From Octopus bimaculoides (taxonomy: Eukaryota): a stretch of 46,035 bases of DNA. The stretch is taken from positions 130,629,389 through 130,675,423 of the forward strand of contig NC_068982.1 of the NCBI RefSeq assembly GCF_001194135.2. Direction: 5' to 3'. The notes beneath the pieces are model-generated. The model did no database searches and was not told the origin of the DNA. It saw nothing but the letters and a program-made list of their open reading frames with translations. The position numbers and the translations under genes were made by a program. Positions 10,716 to 22,757 of this stretch are shown piece by piece (position 1 is the stretch's first letter; every line of letters begins with the position of its first letter).

Positions 10716-10770
10716 GTCAAAATTTACTGGTTGTAAAGAGCGAAATTCCTGGGGGCAAAGTTCGATTACA
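10716..10770 (+). CDS. Candidate 55-nt internal exon
   Basis: Acceptor ctatttctatctag|, donor ACA|GTAAGT. Two frames are open (GQNLLVVKSEIPGGKVRL or SKFTGCKERNSWGQSSIT); not assignable. Confidence 0.2.
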
Positions 10771-10978
10771 GTAAGTTTAACTTAATTTCATAAACGCAAT
10801 CTGATAATCACGAAGCGTAAGTCCAAATGAATATTCCGACTTTACTTATTTATTTATTTACTTATTTTAGCGATTTAAATTGCGATCCCTCGAGGACTTA
10901 CTTGAATAACAATCCACACCCTTTGTCTCATCAGTAAAATTCCGAATGCAATTCCCATCCCTCCTCGCTCTCTGTGTA

Positions 10979-10981
<3 letters not shown>

Positions 10982-11050
<69 letters not shown>

Positions 11051-11132
11051 GTAATTGTTATATGAGGCAATAAACGAACGATATGCGTGTATGTGTTTGT
11101 ATGTATGTATGTATGTATGTATGTATGTATAT
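10982..11132. repeat. (TA)n tract (10982-11049) and (TATG)n tract (about 11087-11132)
   Basis: Directly visible; the (TATG)n reads as an (ATAC)n tail of the adjacent minus-strand LINE. Confidence 0.95.
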
Positions 11133-11592
11133 GTCTTCTGTTTTTAATCATTTAGATTCTTCCTCTGAAGAAGGAGCTGATTTCTAGCTGGCTCCATCAT
11201 AGTAATATAGATAGCAAAAACAATGTCACATTTTAAATCTGAGAAAAGCCTTTCATAGTTTTAGTGTTCTGCTTATAGATTGTATTTGTAATGTTCAAGT
11301 AATTTGGCTGGTTTCTTTTTCTGAAAATCTAAGCTTATCCGGACTAACAGTTAGGCATTTACTACAAAATCAATTGCTCCTATTATTATTCATATAAATG
11401 TATATTTGTAATCAGGATATAGAAGCTGGAGGTTCTGAAGCAGTTGTCCATAGTTATCTTTGATTTTCAAAGAGATATTCACATCAGCAGGACAACTGAT
11501 CTCTATGATGGTAAATACTTTCTCTTGTCCGTCTCAAACAACATTATCCTGCCTGTTATGCTTACATTTCACAGATGTTTTGATGGGAATGG
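11130..11592 (-). mobile_element. 3' end of an RLE-type non-LTR retrotransposon (restriction-like endonuclease domain), decayed
   Basis: Minus strand: PIKTSVKCKHNRQDNVV*DGQEKVFTIIEISCPADVNISLKIKDNYGQLLQNLQLLYPDYKYTF...LQIQSISRTLKL*KAFLRFKM*. This is a decayed HNRPD...IIEISCP PD-(D/E)xK motif, followed by a short 3' UTR and an (ATAC)n tail. Confidence 0.85.
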
Positions 11593-11742
11593 GAAAGACT
11601 TCCGCCTGTCCCCACTATTTTCTCACAAATTTGTTTATTGTTAAAATTTTTTGGCCAAAAATCCCCGTTTTCGGATAGGGAGGTTCCGGAAAATTGCAAA
11701 GAATCGGCATTGTTAATTTACGTCATGCCGCATAGGGAGGTA

Positions 11743-11857
11743 ATGTATGTATGTATGTATGTATGTATGTATGTATGTATGTATGTATGTATATATGTAT
11801 ATATGTATGTATTTATGTATGTATGCATGCATGCATGTACCCATGTACGTATGCATG

Positions 11858-11891
<34 letters not shown>

Positions 11892-11957
11892 TGTATGAAT
11901 TCACTCATCCAATCCATCCTCATATGCATGAGTGCATACATACATACATACATACAT

Positions 11958-12008
<51 letters not shown>
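11743..12008. repeat. Compound (TATG)n/(TACA)n/(TAGA)n microsatellite
   Basis: Directly visible; source of several spurious ORFs. Confidence 0.97.
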
Positions 12009-12009
<1 letters not shown>

Positions 12010-13974
12010 GACATGCATATATATGTGTGCACACATTCTTTGAAACTGAAAATTCCAAAACCCAGATGGGTACATTACTCCATTTATCTGAAGCTAAACA
12101 ATCGTTGGAACCTCATACTTTCGCGAGCATTTGAAGAAAAGGATTGTTATCTGGTTAACCATATATTTTCCTCCTCTGTCCACATGATATTTAGATCGGT
12201 CTGCTCTGTAATATGTATCTAGATATTCCATTTTAATAATTTGCGTTTGGACAGCATTTTTTTCGTTATATTTTTTTGTTTTTGGTTGTGGTTATGGGGG
12301 TGGCATGAACATCATTTGGTATTCCGACCTATATAGTTAGAATTAAGCGAATGAGGAGTGTTTTAAACTACAATAATCAAAATATAATGTGATTAGAAGC
12401 ACATATTTTGTGTCAAATATTATGAAAGAAAAACAAACTACTCTAGCAACATTACATCTAAAAATTGAAGTTTGTAATCATTTTAGACCTGTTAACTGAA
12501 AGTGGTCACGTATATAAGAGAAGAAAAAAAAAGCTATTTTACTTCTATAATGTTAGTGGTTCAGTTGCTTTTGTTTTTTATTTAAGTCGGTCCTCTCGTA
12601 TTAAATCCGATATGGCAAAAATAATACCTAATGAATATAAATTTTAAAACAGTCACGATTGGGGCTGCAGAAACGCAAAAACGGAGTAAAATACATTTTC
12701 CCATAATTTCACTGATTTGCTGATAAAAAATATTAATAAATTTAAATCTAAAACTGATAATTTGCACTATAATAAATACGAATACCAGCTATTTAACAGG
12801 TTAAAATAGAAATATCCACTGCTTCAGGTTATGCTTAATTTTCTCTGTTTTCTATTGAAGTAATTACCAGTTATGTTCTAGGGATTCTGTTTATGAAAAA
12901 TAATCAAATCATAATATAACATAATATAATAACAGTTCGCATAGAAAAATAACGAAACTAATAGTGAAAAATGCACGTAAGAAAATTCATGCACTACTTA
13001 GTGCGTGCTCTTCTAACTCCACCCAGTTGAAAGGGAACGTCTCAAAGCAAAGAATTTCCTTTGACCTGTGGAAATAAATTTTTAGATAGTCATAAATTCT
13101 GATTCGTCTCATGGGGAGATATTTACATTCAAATAGTCTTTGTATTCTAAAGTTCGCTGCAAAATAAATAAACTTATGAAAACGTCAAATATAAAATTTC
13201 TGAAATCCTATACCTAAAATAAAAATATTGTTTTTCTGTGAATAATTTTGCCAAGTATTTTCCTTTTGAAACCATATAGTATGACTTTGAGAAATGCTGA
13301 CAGGTTATTAGTTGTATTGATAACTTTTCTTATTTTGTTGTGCTAAGAATGTGACTCAGTATCATAAAATGAAATTCTTTCTTAAATTAACAAATTAACA
13401 AGAAAATATATTAGAAGAATCAATATAATTTCACTGCAGAAAAACAAATGCCAACTGATTATAAAGAGACAATAAAATTTAAATAGTTGTTTACTTCTTA
13501 CGACTTTTATTTATTAAAATCTTTCATGTAAACATTTTTTTTCTTTAGTGATAACATCTGGCATATACTGGCATCTGCTAAATTATGTATTCGTTTCGTT
13601 TTACGACTATGCATACAACTCTACATACGATAGGAATAAAAGCAAATGGGATATATTCATGTTCATTTCTTCCTGAAGGATATTTGTAGCATTAAATTTT
13701 TACAGATTAAGTGATTCTGTTAAATAGTTCTATCCAAGTAGAATGACATATCAATACTGTAAATAAAAATATCGTAGTGCGATGCAGGAATGCATATTTA
13801 GAATGAGGAAACAGTACAAGTGTGAGACTTTTTTTAAACTCAAACAACAGCAATCGCTACTGGACTTCAGAATCAGTTTACAGGGAGTTATTTCTATTTT
13901 TCTTTATGTTTTTTTTTTACTTCAATAACATTAAAAAACAAGTTCTATCATCATTATAATAATTTAACCAGCGA

Positions 13975-14180
13975 AAGAGGATTTGGTAGAATCAGTACAA
14001 CATCAGACATACTGCCATGTGACGGTTAGCCGCGTCTTTATGATGTGAGAGCAAATTCTGCCGAGGCTGACCTTATCCTTTTGTGGTCGATAAAATAAGT
14101 ATTGGTCAATAAGAAGGTTTAATATAATCGATTGTTCTATAACCGCAAAGTCCCTTATATCCAATGTTTCAAATCATTAA
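13975..14180 (+). mobile_element. SINE (family containing ...CCTTTCGGGGTCGATAAAATAAGTA...), decayed
   Basis: GGCTGACCTTATCCTTTTGTGGTCGATAAAATAAGTATT cross-matches 43075-43120 and the minus strand of 45420-45470. Confidence 0.6.
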
Positions 14181-14689
14181 ATTGATATACTTTAATTTGA
14201 CCTACGTTCTCATCACCAGAGAGACGTAGCCTCAGCCTCGAATCGGAACAAGCTTAACTTATGTGCTACCGAATTCACCAAAACGTACGACGTTATATTG
14301 AGAGTATAACTGCAATTAGGATTTATTCAGCGAAATGCTAATTTAACACTTCTTGAAAGTATTGATATGTGCTATTAATTTATGATAAAACAGAAAAAAG
14401 AGATGTGATATTCATGCATTTACCAAGACATTTATTCCATTCTAAGTCATCAGTTCCATGAAAGGAGTCATAGGTACTTTACAGTAACCCTTCTGTGCTT
14501 GTCATAAAATTTGCTTGAAAGAATACAATGGTAGTTGCTTGTTGCCTTTCTTTAAGAATAATCTTTATATGACATCATTTTCCCGTCTTGATGCAAACCA
14601 ATTCTACGCGTACATCTAAGTATTAGGAGCAAAAAGGGCTGAGACAAAATAAATTACAAACCATTTTCTCCAACTTTCTAACAATTCCA

Positions 14690-14830
14690 TTAATCTGGAG
14701 CCCTTGACTAGTACTTATATTACCAACACCGAAAAGTATGAAACACAAAGTTGATTTTGTTGGGATTTGGACTCCGATCGTAAAAAGCAGGGACAGATAC
14801 TGCGAAGCACCTTGGCTATCGGTCGCCTTA
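14690..14830 (-). mobile_element. SINE of the same family, decayed
   Basis: Minus strand reads ...TTTTACGATCGGAGTCCAAATCCCAACAAAATCAACTTTGTGTTTCATACTTTTCGGTGTTGGTAATATAAGTACTAG..., matching the family layout. Confidence 0.5.
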
Positions 14831-15942
14831 AGACATCCATAGCACAGGGCTAAATAATTTCAGCCAAAGAAGAATCCAATTTGTGTCACCAAGTCGAGTT
14901 GTCGTGATGCTGAAGTCTTTCTCTCTATAAATTTTATATTAGTTTCTTTTTACTCTGGCATGAAACCCTAACACTTTATGAAATAACAGTGTAATATTAA
15001 TGCCTTTTGCATTGACATTATAAAATAAGTGATGTGAGAAGACTTTAAGTAGAGTTCGAAATCACGTCAAAGTCACAGATTATCAGGAATTCGTGATGAT
15101 ATTAACTATTCTATTGTGCTTGTATGGCGGCTGAATACACCGTGCTAAAATTACATCGAGTCAAAATTGAATGTATAGCTTTAGCGGACTTCACTCGTTA
15201 TTAGGATAGTACGCTAAAAAAAGTCTTGGACGCCGAAAAGTTTCCAGATTATACTTGATTTAACTAAAATATTTCATTACTTTCGAATAAACCTTTATTG
15301 TCGACTAACGTAAAGAACTCGAAATTTGGTTTGTTAAAGGTTGATAAATAGCATAGAAGAGAATTATATTTGTATTGCAATGTCTATTCGCTGTAAATTT
15401 AAATTCTTGCTCAACATATATTCTGTCTTAGTTCTGCCACAGCATGCATGCCATAGTATCAAATTTTAGAGTTTAGTTCATATCACCAATAGATTCATAA
15501 TAGATCAGTGACATAGATGTAACAAATCCATTTGAATTTATTTCACCGAGTCAAAGTTAAACGGAAAGATACTACTTATTGTTTATGTCGTAAAAGTTTT
15601 AGAAACTTCGAAATATATAAAATAAATCTTTTTCACAGTGAAACTCGAAGCAGATAAAGCTATAAATGTTAGCATGTTGAATATTGGGTTAAAAAGAAGC
15701 CAAAGGTTGCAAATAGGAATAGAAACTAAAGAATACTACTAAAGAAGTTACAGTTTTCATTGGTTAGAATAGTGCTTCTAAAATGGATGGAAAAAATATT
15801 TAAAATTCGATGTGTTGCTTTGGTATAATGGAAGTGCATCTGTAATGTGCATAGATGATATGAAACCGAAGGGATTTGTTAACCCAATAATCAACATACT
15901 ATCATCTATAGTTTTATCTACTTCGAATTTCATCGTTAATAG

Positions 15943-16008
15943 AGATACTACGTGTTCACTACTATGACCTGATGCGCTACTGTATCCCATCAAATAAATC
16001 TGAATTTG
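15943..16008 (+). CDS. Candidate internal exon (66 nt, phase 1-1)
   Basis: Acceptor ttcatcgttaatag|, strong donor TTTG|GTAAGA, open frame (E)ILRVHYYDLMRYCIPSNKSEF. An alternative minus-strand exon overlaps it. Confidence 0.33.
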
Positions 16009-16994
16009 GTAAGAGCTAAAGAGCAAAACAATTTTTTCGTTCCCTCATAACTTGAAAACATGAGGGATATATAGACGGTAAAACGAAAGAGGGAGGTAAT
16101 TTGGGTTCTCTTTCGAGCAATGTATTTCTGACTCGTGTGTTGTGTTTGCGTATGCGTGTCTTCTTATATTGCAAGATGTCATGATAATCACACTTCCTGG
16201 ATCTACAAACATCGACAGCTGTATACACATTACTTTGCAAAATCTTGTGACCTTCATTTAAAAAGAACATATCTGTAGACCAGCCTTTTGTCATCTAATC
16301 CTCTAAGAACTATTTGAACGTTTTGTCGCTCAATTTATCTGTCGTAGATCTATAGACGATATTGAGACAACAGTCATTGTGGACAGGAGCGGGAATTGTT
16401 ATCAGTGACTGAGCTTTTGTTCGTTTATCCGCAACAATGGGCAGTATGTGTGTGTGTGTATGTGCATGTGTGTGAGTGGGTGTGTGAGTGGGTGTGTATG
16501 TATGTGTATGCGAGTGAGAGAGAGAGAGAGAGAGAGAGAGCGTGTGTGCTTGTGCATACTTTCCCACTATGTATTGATGCGTGCCCTTGTGAGTCTATGT
16601 TACGTATTTACATCTTAAGATATACATATATGCACACGAACACACAGATGCACACATGCATGTATATATTTATATATAAATATACATGTATGTATGTACG
16701 TATGTAAGTATATGCAAACGCACACCCATGATGTCGGTACATATTCATAAGAGGAAGTGAGCAAAGCTTGTGGGCATGTCGTGAATTATTGTATTCTGTA
16801 TTTCCGAAGCCTATTTTAATCAACCTGTTTCTAAGTCATGTTATCATATTGTTTCGAACAATTTAGGCAGGTGCAGGTGCGTGTGAGGTAACATTAATTG
16901 ATTACTGCACACACGTACACGCACTCTCACACAGGCTCACATACAGGCTCACACACGCGCACACACATATAAAAGGTTATGCTTAGGTTGAACA

Positions 16995-17135
16995 AGTGCA
17001 GATGGCTGTATACTTCCAAGTTCGATCTCATTTCACGACGTTTTGGTTAAACTTCTAATAGCATAACCTTGGGTAGCCCAATACTCGGAAGTAGAATTTT
17101 CGAGACAGAAACTGTAGGGAAGCTTGCCTTGTGTG
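16995..17135 (+). mobile_element. SINE (family ending ...GAAACTGAAAGAAGCC + microsatellite), decayed
   Basis: Layout matches the reverse complements of the copies at 31660-31765 and 34285-34440; ends GACAGAAACTGTAGGGAAGC followed by (GTAT)n. Confidence 0.45.
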
Positions 17136-17170
<35 letters not shown>

Positions 17171-17512
17171 ATACACTGAGAACTGTGATATTTTGTTGTG
17201 GTGACAATGGTTGCGTGTTGATTAATGGAAGAGATGGTTGAGATTTTTTGAAGTTATAAAGTCCTGCCCATGAACAATTCATTTTTGCAAATTGAAATTT
17301 AGCCTTGGTACAAATAACTATCCTTGCCGCTACCAGCACTACCTGACTACCAACAACAAACAGACCATTTACCTCACAAACAACAAATAAATATCATCAC
17401 CACTGCTACTACCATTTAACATTCTCATCTCTATTTTTCACTTTTTTCCTCCAGTTTTCTCTTCCTCTTTTTTTAGCTGACCTTCTCTTACCATTTCTTG
17501 TTTTTTTTTTAG

Positions 17513-17557
17513 GGTTGTCACTCGAGAGTTGTCACCTTAATGTGAGGCAAAAAGTAG
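17513..17557 (+). CDS. Candidate internal micro-exon (45 nt, phase 1-1; or 41 nt to 17553)
   Basis: Preceded by a long pyrimidine tract ending tttttttttag|. Donor GTAG|GTGAGA. Only the phase-1 frame is open (GLSLESCHLNVRQKV), compatible with exon 15943-16008. Confidence 0.33.
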
Positions 17558-18239
17558 GTGAGAACTTACTACCTTATTAATATATAAATAAAAATATAAC
17601 AAATGAATAGAATTGAAATAGAAGCAAATTCGAGGAGAAAATTGACTTAGTAAAGATTTCTATAGAATGAATGTATAGAATATACAATATATTACATACT
17701 GGCTACAACATCGATTCCCCCATAGAGCTGTCCTTGACATCTCTAATCTTATACTATTAATGCCTTAAAGCGGTGGATCGGCAGAAACGCTAGAGCATAA
17801 CAAGACGATCACTCAGAATTAGTTTATAATTCTGATACAGATCTCTTTTACGTGTGATAGTTAAAACAGTTAAACTGTATTGGTAAGTGTGGAAAATCGT
17901 AGCAAGAATGGAACCATTTTTTTGCTGTATTTATAGACACCATCCGCTAGTTATCAACCATCTTCAGATGAATTTTAGGGCTTTCAAAATATGTCATTAG
18001 AGAGACCGCCGTCGGGACTATACAACTTTAATTTAATCTCTGTGTACATTTTGAAATGCAATGAGGACAATGAGAAAAACAAATGTGTGTTAGGGCAGAC
18101 AATTCAAAATATATGAGCCATTAAGTTGATATACCCTGGGCTATTTTGGACAGAAACGTATTAAAACTTAAGTTTATATATATATATATATATATATATA
18201 ATCTGTGCGTGTGTGTGCGTGTGCATGCATATATGTTAA

Positions 18240-19350
18240 AGAAACTTGTTGGGCGTAGCAGGAACTATACAAGATGAGATATATAGTAAACTACGAAAAT
18301 AAAGTACAACAAATGTGTAGTTTTATATTATATTTCTATACTTCGGGGTTATGACACCTTAAGGACGTGGACAAGCGAGTGATATAAAAGGTCGTTACTC
18401 AGATGTCTGAGTGAAAATGGTGACATGCGCAGATAGATGTTGTTATAGTAAAAAGTCTACTTCATGTAGCTCTTTTCTGTTTGCTGGTAAGGAGGTCCTT
18501 CATGATTCTGAGATTTCTTCTACTATGTTGAGTGGCCCTAATAGATACCGTGAAAGTCTGTATCCGGCTCATCCGTAGGTGTTTTTTCATCGTAGTGTCT
18601 GTGTGCATGTGTTCCTTGATGCGAACATGCAGTTCTCTGGTAGTGCTCCTAATGTAGGACGCTCTACATTTACTGTAGTACTACAGACTACTCCGTATAA
18701 CGCATAGGCCCTCGACTACATTTTGAAGTAGTTGACAGAGCAATTAGTGTACATTCCATGATGTTATCTATAGCATTATTTCCAGATGTGTACCATCTGT
18801 ATGTTAAGTCCCTTCCTGTAGATTGCATGTTGTGTAACAACAGTGGTTCTGAAGTCAAAATAAGACAGTTTAAGGAAGGGCATGTCAGAACTAGGAGTAT
18901 GGGCCCTCTTATATGATTCACTCACTTAACAGTTGTTTAAGCGCAGTCGTGTGGCTAAAGATGATGGACAGCTGTTGTGTATTATGTTCTTGAGTAACCG
19001 CTTGGTGTTGGTAATTTTGTCAGCTGTGTCGCTGCACTTGTCACTTATACATGCGATTTCGATTCTCAAGTATGCAGCTTTGGCTCTGGTGAACGGGACT
19101 GACTCATAATGCACAAACAGATTCCCACTGGTAGCTTTTCTGTAAAAGATGGAATAGATGGAACCCTTCGTAATCTCGAGTTGAAAACTGAGCAGTGTTC
19201 AGGGCTCGTCAGGATGTTCTTTTTCAAATTTTGTATAATTGTCGACGTTACTGAACATTTGGTGTATATTGATCGCCTCTTTCCGGGAGGAAGTGAACAT
19301 CAAGATATTGCCAACGTATCCCATATTCATAACCACCTCCCACATGCATA
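18240..19350 (-). mobile_element. Penelope-like retroelement, 5'-truncated (RT C-half + GIY-YIG endonuclease), decayed
   Basis: Minus strand: GYVGNIL (YVDDI motif)...FYRKATSGNLFVHYES; and GVV...SKCRASYIRSTTRELHVRIKEH (GIY-YIG: VVY...C..C...YIG.T.R.L..R.KEH). Confidence 0.88.
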
Positions 19351-20863
19351 AGCACACATTCATTTTAGGAGGAACTGCGGCATCTGAACCATCACTTACT
19401 GATTAAAAGACACAGACTGATTTTTAGACATTTTTCTGTTTTCACTTAAAAAAAGAAAATAGTGCGCTTCATAACCCTTCGACTACTCTATACTTTATAT
19501 TACCCTCGTATATTTTACTGCATCATATAGTCCCTGAAAATTGTACAGATTCAAACTAACGGCTTACTTTGTCTATTTAGATCATAACACCTGCAAACAT
19601 GTCCTCATTTCGCAGTTAGATAATTATTCTTATACGGAACAGAATATTTTTAATGCGGAGGAACTTAACTCCCGTCTGTCGTCAGTTGAGAGTTGAATTG
19701 ACAAGTCTAAATCTAATTCTTTTGTCTTGTTCTCATGTATTACCAGAATAACAGGTTATTTATTTCTAGATAAGAGAACGGAAGAGCCAAAAACAGAAAA
19801 AAATGGCGATTAGTTTTATTATGTATCTCATTATTCTAAACGGGTTTGATATTTTTAATGAAGGTGGAGTCTCAGAAACGGTAGAACTATTGAGGAAAAT
19901 AATGTGCAGTATTTCATTGCTGGTTTCTGTGTAAAAAATCTCGCCAGAGTCAAACATTTCTTTTCATTCTTGGACCAATTTCGTGTTACACGCCTACTCT
20001 TGTGGCATTGCTATTGTTGTAAATCGTTAGTGATAACGACACAAGAGAAATTCGACCTACTAACGATCTATTAATATTGTTTGAGGTATTCCTCCCCATT
20101 TGTATTATTAGATACAGATATAGAAAATAACTTGTTGCGCTGTAAAGAAAGAAAGAATAACCCCACTTTCTCACACGCGCACACACACACAAAAAAATCC
20201 AGTCAATATCCGTTACTTTCTCCTTTAACTTAGTGTTACAAACAGGATGTCAATGACAGTTTGCCTTTGGATTCGAAGTGTTAACTCAAACACCATAAAT
20301 TATGCTTCCACAGATGTAGCTTCCTCCTACATCCTATATGTAGGAGAACTGTTAATGTTTCATGTGTACACCGTTCTAACATTTTCTTGTAATGCTAAAA
20401 ATGAATTTCAGTATTATATTTATTATATTCTGCTTTCAATACACCAGTAAGTGAATCCATTCCATTGTCTACATTAACAAAGATATCAGCCCCAACATCT
20501 GTAGAGATACGTATATATCTCAATTCAGATTTCTTACCATGTGAGCACATACCATACATTCGTATATAACAAGTTTATCAGATACTGAAGAAATGTGAAC
20601 AGTTTTCTTTTTATATAATTACAGATATACCCAAATATTCGTAAACACACATATACACATTAATACATACATATTCTCATTCATATACATACATACATAC
20701 ATACATACATACATGCATACACACGCATGTATATGTGTATATGTGTGTGTGCGAATATGTGTATGTGTATGTGTGTGTGTTTGTTTTTATTCCAAGTTAT
20801 GTATAAAAACAAATTAACATTATACTGAAGGATTACAGAATACTTTTTTATAGAGTATATATT

Positions 20864-20997
20864 TATTAGTTTTTACAAGGCGATGTTTTACAGTGACTTG
20901 AAAGTTTCGGCTTGCTCGCCTTGCGCAGAGAGTCTGATGATGGCGAGTAACTGAAACTTCGAAGTTACTGTAAACCTTTTCCTTGTAAAAGTTAATA
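20864..20997. ncRNA. Inverted pair of decayed minimal type I hammerhead-ribozyme motifs (Penelope pLTR-like)
   Basis: Plus copy: AGAGT-CTGATGA-T-GGCGAGTAACT-GAAA-CTTCGAAG-TT-ACTGT (20929-20971). Minus copy: CTGCGCA-A-GGCGAGCAAGCC-GAAA-CTTTCAAG-TC-ACTGT. The two copies have complementary defects around one consensus. Confidence 0.6.
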
Positions 20998-22718
20998 CAC
21001 ATACGCACACACACACATATTTTTAAAGCCTTGCCTATTATGGAGTGGTCACGCGTCTTAGTACATTATATTTCATTATATCGTAAGCCCTAAATATATA
21101 TTATTTTCTGTTTCAAGTGAGCTCTCTCCGAAAATGCTTTACACTGAAAAGTGTTTCCATTAAATTTTGCTAACATTTAAAAAATATTATTTCTAGTGTG
21201 TGCGTGTGTGTACGCGCGTGCGTGCGTGTATAAGTATGTATATGATAATAGACTATGTTGTGGGAACGAATTTCTATTACAAATTCTTATGTTATTTTTC
21301 TTTGCTACCATAAATATCACATATAGAATACAGCTAAGCTGCAGACGTACATAAAATATTCAAATAACTTTCGAGATATAATTGTTTCTAATCACTCATA
21401 AACAATTTGGATTTTCTAGTTCAGTTAATTTATTGTTAAAACCCGCCAGACAGTGAAGTAAGCCATTAAGCAAATGCATTGCGTAAATACAATAGTTAAA
21501 CTTTATTGTTTGATGGACGGATGTTTTAATGCTGATATTTCTGTTTAGCCATAGGTTTGTGCAGACTGAGTACATCTATATTTAAAGAAGCTTCATCATG
21601 TCTTTCTGCTGAGTATTCGCTAACTTGGTCTATATTGTTCAACGTATCCTTCCTCGTTTGAGGTAACAGGGTTGTAATTTATTTGTTGACTGGTGATTAA
21701 CCAAACAGGGACTAGCTCGTTGTTGGAGTTGAAGATTATTACAATAATGTTACACCATGGGGTTACAATATGAATATCGTTAATTTAACGAGTTTTATAT
21801 AATTGAAAATTGCATGTTGAGCCATATAAAAAATTTGATTATTATATATTTTACAGCCCAAGCGAATCTTGCTTCAGTCAATTACTTGGAATACATTAAT
21901 CTTATTGGCGTTGATTTGCTTTTTATGTACCATACCATGTGATGGCAAGGCCTTTTATTATCCTAAATTTAAAATACGACCTTAATATATTTCATAAAAT
22001 CTTTCTCTTTTTTACGTCTTTCTGTGGGTGTTTCTGTCTGTCTATTTATCTCCCTCCTTCTCCTATTTTTTTCTTTCTCTCTTTCTTTCTGCATCACTTC
22101 GTCGTTACCGGTTTCTTCATGTTGATTTGCAGCTTGAAGAAACTGCACAGATCAGTTAACATAAATATGAGGAATAGAAACAAATCCTCTGGAAATGTTA
22201 CTTGTAACAATGAAATGAATTGTTTATGATGCTGCACATCAGTCAGACGTGATCGATGAGAAAAGTAGACTTACGGAAGCCGAAAGTACTTGAACACTTT
22301 TGCATTTTCCGAGCACGTCAGGTTTTTCTGCTTTGGGTTTTTCATCAAACTCCAATGTTTACTGTAGTCGTCTGAATGAGTTCTGACAACTCTTGCTCAA
22401 AAAATGTCTACAATGGTTCAGTTACTTACTCAGTCGTCCCGTTGGCAAACTCATCTGCGCTGCACTCATGCCAGACCACCACCACCACCCAGGGTAGCGT
22501 GAAAGGCTAAGGTGGACCAATAAAAATTTAAACACACACGTATGTGTATGCGTGTGTACGTGTGCGTATTCCTTCCATGGCAATGTTTTTCTGTAGATAT
22601 TCATCGTTACAGTTCAAGACGAACATTAATAGCATCAATCTCACTAGTCTAGGAGGGCTTGTGAAGACCTGTGAAGGGCGTGCGTACACCACTTTCCTCC
22701 AGGTCCGCCTCCCAATGA

Positions 22719-22757
22719 TAATAATACTAATAGTAATAACAATAATAATAATAATAA
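22719..22757. repeat. Imperfect (TAA)n tract at the 5' junction of the Dong-like LINE
   Basis: Directly visible. Confidence 0.9.

Noticed and set aside
11156-11510. Apparent plus-strand exons (ILPLKKELISSWLHH; KLEVLKQLSIVIFDFQRDIHISR)
   Set aside because: The region is the antisense strand of a clear RLE LINE 3' end.
15505-15890. TNPFEFIS (+) versus TNPFGFIS (-) peptide similarity about 350 bp apart
   Set aside because: Similarity does not extend beyond 8 residues and the plus frame is closed by stops; probably chance.
18325-18400. Possible hammerhead relic in the 3' end of the minus-strand Penelope element
   Set aside because: Neither CTGANGA nor a correctly placed GAAA is intact; too degenerate to call.
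21549-21662. 114-nt plus-strand segment with good splice sites
   Set aside because: The only long frame ends in TGA just before the donor; the other frames are closed.
22280-22510. Two minus-strand exon-like segments with GTAAGT donors
   Set aside because: Joining them needs either an implausibly short intron or a weak acceptor, and the peptides are unrecognisable.
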